64,000 nucleotides of DNA from an uncultured Candidatus Rokubacteria bacterium (lineage in GTDB: Bacteria; Methylomirabilota; Methylomirabilia; Rokubacteriales; CSP1-6): the NCBI GenBank assembly GCA_963762145.1, contig CAVXJS010000011.1, positions 448,001-512,000 of the forward strand, read 5' to 3'. The stretch's first letter is position 1. Every line of letters begins with the position of its first letter. The notes under the pieces were generated by a model, which searched no databases, was not told the origin of the DNA, and was given only the letters and a program-made list of their open reading frames with translations. A program made the translations under genes and the position numbers. Below, one piece after another: positions 60,725-64,000 of the stretch.

Positions 60725-61953
60725 ACGTGCGCGCGATCGTGGCCTGGACGCTCTACGACTTCGCGAACTCCGCGTTCGCGGCGGTGATCTTCGCCACGAT
60801 CTATGCCGCGTACTACGCCATCGGGGTGGTCGGCAACGAGGGCGGGGCGGGAGATCTCTGGTGGGGACGCGTGGTCTCCGTCTCCATGGGGCTGGTGGCG
60901 CTGACGTCGCCCTTCCTGGGGGGCGTGGCCGATCGCGCGGGCATCCGTCGGCCGCTCTTCATCGGCTTCACGACCGCCGGGGTGATCGCCACCGCGCTCA
61001 TGACCACGGTGGAGCCCGGCATGGTGGTCTGGGGCTTCGTGCTCGGCGTGATCGGCAACTTCGCCTACGAGAGCGCGCTCGTCTACTACAACGCCTATCT
61101 CCCCGATCTGGCCCCGCCCAGCCATCAGGGCCGCGTGTCGGGGTGGGGCTTCGCGGTGGGCTACGCGGGCTCGATCGCGGCCCTGCTGGCCGCGCTGCCC
61201 TTCGTGAGCGCCCGCAACTACCAGGGCGCGTTCCTCGCCACCGCGGCGCTCTACGCGATCTTCTCGCTCCCGGCCTTCTTCATGCTCCCGGCCGCGCCGA
61301 GCGGGCGGGTGCCGGTGCTCCGGGCCGCCCGCGAGGGCGCCGCGCAGGTGGTGGCCACCGCGCGCCGGATCCTGGCCCTGCCCGACCTACGGCGCTTCCT
61401 GGGCGCCTACTTCATCTACGAGGACGGGGTGAACACCGTCATCGCCTTTTCCGGCATTTTCGCGGCCCAGACGCTCGGCTTCCCGATGGAGCGGCTGATC
61501 GCGCTCTACATCGTGGTGCAGATCTCGGCCCTCATCGGCGCGCTGGCCTGGGCGCGGCCGACCGACATCATGGGCCCGCGCCGGGTGGTGATGATCACCC
61601 TCTGCCAGTGGTCGGCCGTCGTGGTCGCCGCCTACTTCGTCGAGACCCAGACCCAGTTCTGGGTGCTGGCGGTGGTGGCGGGCACCGGGCTCGGGGCGGT
61701 GCAGGCGGCCAGCCGCGCGTTCCTGGCCCGCCTGGCGCCCCCCGGCATGCAGGCCGAGCTGTTCGGCTTCTACTCGCTCTGCGGCAAGAGCGCCGCGGTC
61801 ATGGGCCCGCTCGTCTTCGGCGGCATCTCCCACGCGGCGGGCGGCAACCAGCGGGCCGGCATCCTCGCCATCGGGTCCTTCTTCGTGGTCGGGCTGGCGC
61901 TCCTGTCACGGGTGAAGGCAGGCGGGAAAGCCCCACCGGTAGCGTCGTCTTGA
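60721..61953 (+). CDS. MFS transporter (UMF1/Atg22-like)
   Basis: [39 protein letters not shown] and [11 protein letters not shown]. Confidence 0.88.
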   Translation: MNVRAIVAWTLYDFANSAFAAVIFATIYAAYYAIGVVGNEGGAGDLWWGRVVSVSMGLVALTSPFLGGVADRAGIRRPLFIGFTTAGVIATALMTTVEPGMVVWGFVLGVIGNFAYESALVYYNAYLPDLAPPSHQGRVSGWGFAVGYAGSIAALLAALPFVSARNYQGAFLATAALYAIFSLPAFFMLPAAPSGRVPVLRAAREGAAQVVATARRILALPDLRRFLGAYFIYEDGVNTVIAFSGIFAAQTLGFPMERLIALYIVVQISALIGALAWARPTDIMGPRRVVMITLCQWSAVVVAAYFVETQTQFWVLAVVAGTGLGAVQAASRAFLARLAPPGMQAELFGFYSLCGKSAAVMGPLVFGGISHAAGGNQRAGILAIGSFFVVGLALLSRVKAGGKAPPVASS

Positions 61954-61979
61954 CACTCAACCCCGACGGAGCGTAAGGT
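61950..61979 (+). promoter_or_regulatory. Promoter of rpiB-glyA-nrdR, probably leaderless
   Basis: TTGACA-18 bp-TAAGGT, with the GTG start 6 nt after the -10. Confidence 0.65.
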
Positions 61980-61985
61980 TGGCCC

Positions 61986-62450
61986 GTGGTTTCCACCATA
62001 GCGCTCGGGGCCGACCATGCCGGGTATGAGCTAAAGGAAGCCCTCAAGGGCTGGCTCATAAACCACGGCTTCCAGGTGCTCGACCTCGGTACCCACTCGA
62101 CGGAGTCGGTGGACTACCCCGATTACGCGGCCCTGGTGGGCGAGTCCGTGGTCGATCACAAGGTCGAGCGCGGCCTCCTGGTCTGTGGCACCGGGATCGG
62201 CATGAGCGTGGCCGCCAATAAGGTGCCGGGTGTCCGCGCCGCCCTCTGCGGGGATCTCTACACCGCGCGGATGAGCCGCGAGCACAACGATGCCAACGTG
62301 CTCGTGCTGGGCGGCCGCTTGATGGGCGCGGACATGGCCGCGGACATCCTCCAGGCGTGGCTCGAGACGGACTTCGCGGCTGGCCGCCACGCGCGCCGGG
62401 TCGAGAAGATCGCCGACATCGAGCGGCGCCACCCGGAGGGACGCCCGTGA
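61986..62450 (+). CDS. rpiB: Ribose-5-phosphate isomerase B
   Basis: GADHAG, VDYPD, CGTGIG, REHNDAN and GRHARR. Confidence 0.95.
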   Translation: MVSTIALGADHAGYELKEALKGWLINHGFQVLDLGTHSTESVDYPDYAALVGESVVDHKVERGLLVCGTGIGMSVAANKVPGVRAALCGDLYTARMSREHNDANVLVLGGRLMGADMAADILQAWLETDFAAGRHARRVEKIADIERRHPEGRP

Positions 62451-63694
62451 GCCATCTCGAGCAGGTGGACCCGGAGATCGCCAAGGCCATCCGGGCCGAG
62501 ACCGAGCGGCAGTCGCGGAACCTGGAGCTGATCGCGTCCGAGAACTTCGTCTCCGAGGCGGTGCTGGAGGCGGTGGGCTCGGTGATGACGAACAAGTACG
62601 CCGAGGGCTACCCGGGCAAGCGCTACTACGGCGGGTGCGAGGTCGTGGACATCGCCGAGAACCTGGCGATCGCCCGCGCCAAGGAGCTCTTCGGGGCGGA
62701 GCACGTGAACGTGCAGCCGCACTCGGGATCCCAGGCCAACATGGCGGTCTACTTCGCCCTGCTCAAGCCGGGTGACACGGTGCTGGGCCCGAACCTGGCG
62801 CACGGCGGGCATCTGACCGCCGGGAGCCCTATGAACTTCTCCGGGCGCCTTTACAACATCGTGCCCTACGGGGTCACCAAGGACACCGAGCGCATCGACA
62901 TGGACCAGGTGCGTGACCTGGCCCGCCAGCACCGGCCGAAGCTCATCATCGCGGGGGGCTCCGCGTTTCCGCGCGCCATCGAGTTCAAGCCCTTCCGCGA
63001 GATCGCCGACGAGGTCGACGCCCGGCTGATGGCCGACATCGCGCATCCGGCGGGTCTGGTCGCGGCGGGGCTGCACCCCTCGCCGGTGCCGTTCGCCGAC
63101 TTCGTCACGACCACCACCCACAAGACCCTGCGAGGTCCCCGGGGCGGCATGGTGATGTGCCGGGCTCAGTACGCGAAGGACCTCGACCGCACCGTGCTGC
63201 CCGGCATCCAGGGCGGGCCGCTGATGCACGTGATCGCGGCGAAGGCGGTGGCCTTCCGCGAGGCCCAGACCCAGGAGTGGCGGGCGTACCAGGCGCAGAT
63301 CGTGAAGAACGCCCGCGCGTTCGCCGAGGCGATGCTGGCGCGCGGCTTCCGGCTGGTCTCGGGCGGCACCGACACGCACCTGCTCCTGGTGGACCTCACG
63401 TCCCGCAACGTCACCGGCAAGGACGCGCAGGAGATGCTCGATCGCGCGTGGATCACGGTCAACAAGAACGGGATTCCCTTCGACACCAAGGGGCCCATGA
63501 TCACGAGCGGTATCCGGATCGGCACGCCTGCGGTGACCACCCGCGGCATGAAGGAGCCCGAGATGGCCCGGATCGCGGAGCTGATCGACCGCGTGCTCTC
63601 GCGTCCCGGCGACGGCGGGACCGAAGCCGCGGTGCGGAGCCAGGTGCAGGAGCTGACCGCGCAGTTCCCGCTCTACCCGGAGCGGCTCAGGTGA
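62447..63694 (+). CDS. glyA: Serine hydroxymethyltransferase
   Basis: [34 protein letters not shown] and GIRIGTPA. Confidence 0.97.
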   Translation: MSHLEQVDPEIAKAIRAETERQSRNLELIASENFVSEAVLEAVGSVMTNKYAEGYPGKRYYGGCEVVDIAENLAIARAKELFGAEHVNVQPHSGSQANMAVYFALLKPGDTVLGPNLAHGGHLTAGSPMNFSGRLYNIVPYGVTKDTERIDMDQVRDLARQHRPKLIIAGGSAFPRAIEFKPFREIADEVDARLMADIAHPAGLVAAGLHPSPVPFADFVTTTTHKTLRGPRGGMVMCRAQYAKDLDRTVLPGIQGGPLMHVIAAKAVAFREAQTQEWRAYQAQIVKNARAFAEAMLARGFRLVSGGTDTHLLLVDLTSRNVTGKDAQEMLDRAWITVNKNGIPFDTKGPMITSGIRIGTPAVTTRGMKEPEMARIAELIDRVLSRPGDGGTEAAVRSQVQELTAQFPLYPERLR

Positions 63695-64000
63695 AGTGCC
63701 CGTTCTGCGGCCACACCGAGGACCGCGTGGTGGACTCGCGCGTCGGCCGCGACGGGGAGTTCATCCGGCGGCGGCGCGCGTGCCTGAAGTGCAACCGCCG
63801 CTACACGACCTACGAGTACATCGAGGACGTCCTGCCCCACGTGGTCAAGCGCGACGGCCGCCGCGAGCCCTTCGACCGCCAGAAGCTGCGCGGCTCGATC
63901 CTCAAGTCCTGCGAGAAGCGCTCGGTGGGCGTCCAGGCGGTGGACGACGTGGTGGCGGACATCGAGGCCAAGCTGCACGACCGGGCCGAGAAGGAGATCA
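63691..64000 (+). CDS. nrdR: Transcriptional repressor NrdR (3' truncated by window edge)
   Basis: KCPFC...DSR...[10 protein letters not shown] zinc ribbon, then ATP-cone start [15 protein letters not shown]. Confidence 0.93.
   Translation, partial: MKCPFCGHTEDRVVDSRVGRDGEFIRRRRACLKCNRRYTTYEYIEDVLPHVVKRDGRREPFDRQKLRGSILKSCEKRSVGVQAVDDVVADIEAKLHDRAEKEI

Noticed and set aside
58240-61953. 1237-aa RNase-acyltransferase-MFS fusion
   Set aside because: It is a chimera created by frameshifts. Each gene has its own stop/start overlap (59344 and 60721-60724).

Overview
A very GC-rich bacterial core-genome window. Gene order and composition suggest Candidatus Rokubacteria / Methylomirabilota, but this is an inference only. 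From left to right: (1) an acyl-CoA catabolic cluster resembling the cyclohexanecarboxylate ali/bad genes, interleaved with a three-part biotin carboxylase, DinB and an LLM/F420-type oxidoreductase; (2) a minus-strand RpoD-family sigma factor and YceI; (3) ACT-malic enzyme, GT2, aminotransferase, HIT, a GT-C protein and nth; (4) a translation/envelope superoperon rplM-rpsI-argCJ-rpsB-tsf-pyrH-frr-uppS-cdsA-dxr-rseP-fdx-proS-rimP-nusA-ylxR-infB-DUF503-rbfA-DHH-truB-ribF-rpsO-pnp-M16; (5) purB-S-Q-L-F-M-N-H-(HTH-TPR)-D; (6) tsaC-mobA-GNAT-like-small basic ORF-thiI-beta-CASP RNase-acyltransferase-MFS; (7) rpiB-glyA-nrdR. Many essential genes carry single-base frameshifts in patches, most likely sequencing or assembly indels. 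No cas genes, transposases, tRNA or rRNA genes were recognised. The most notable items are an unannotated leaderless 42-aa Lys/Arg/Pro-rich ORF with an ArfA-like motif coupled to thiI, a four-unit purine-rich tandem array before rbfA, a multi-hairpin element between frr and uppS, probable CTG starts in CTGA overlaps, a GT-C/LmeA-like fusion, and an RBS-sequestering structure before purQ.
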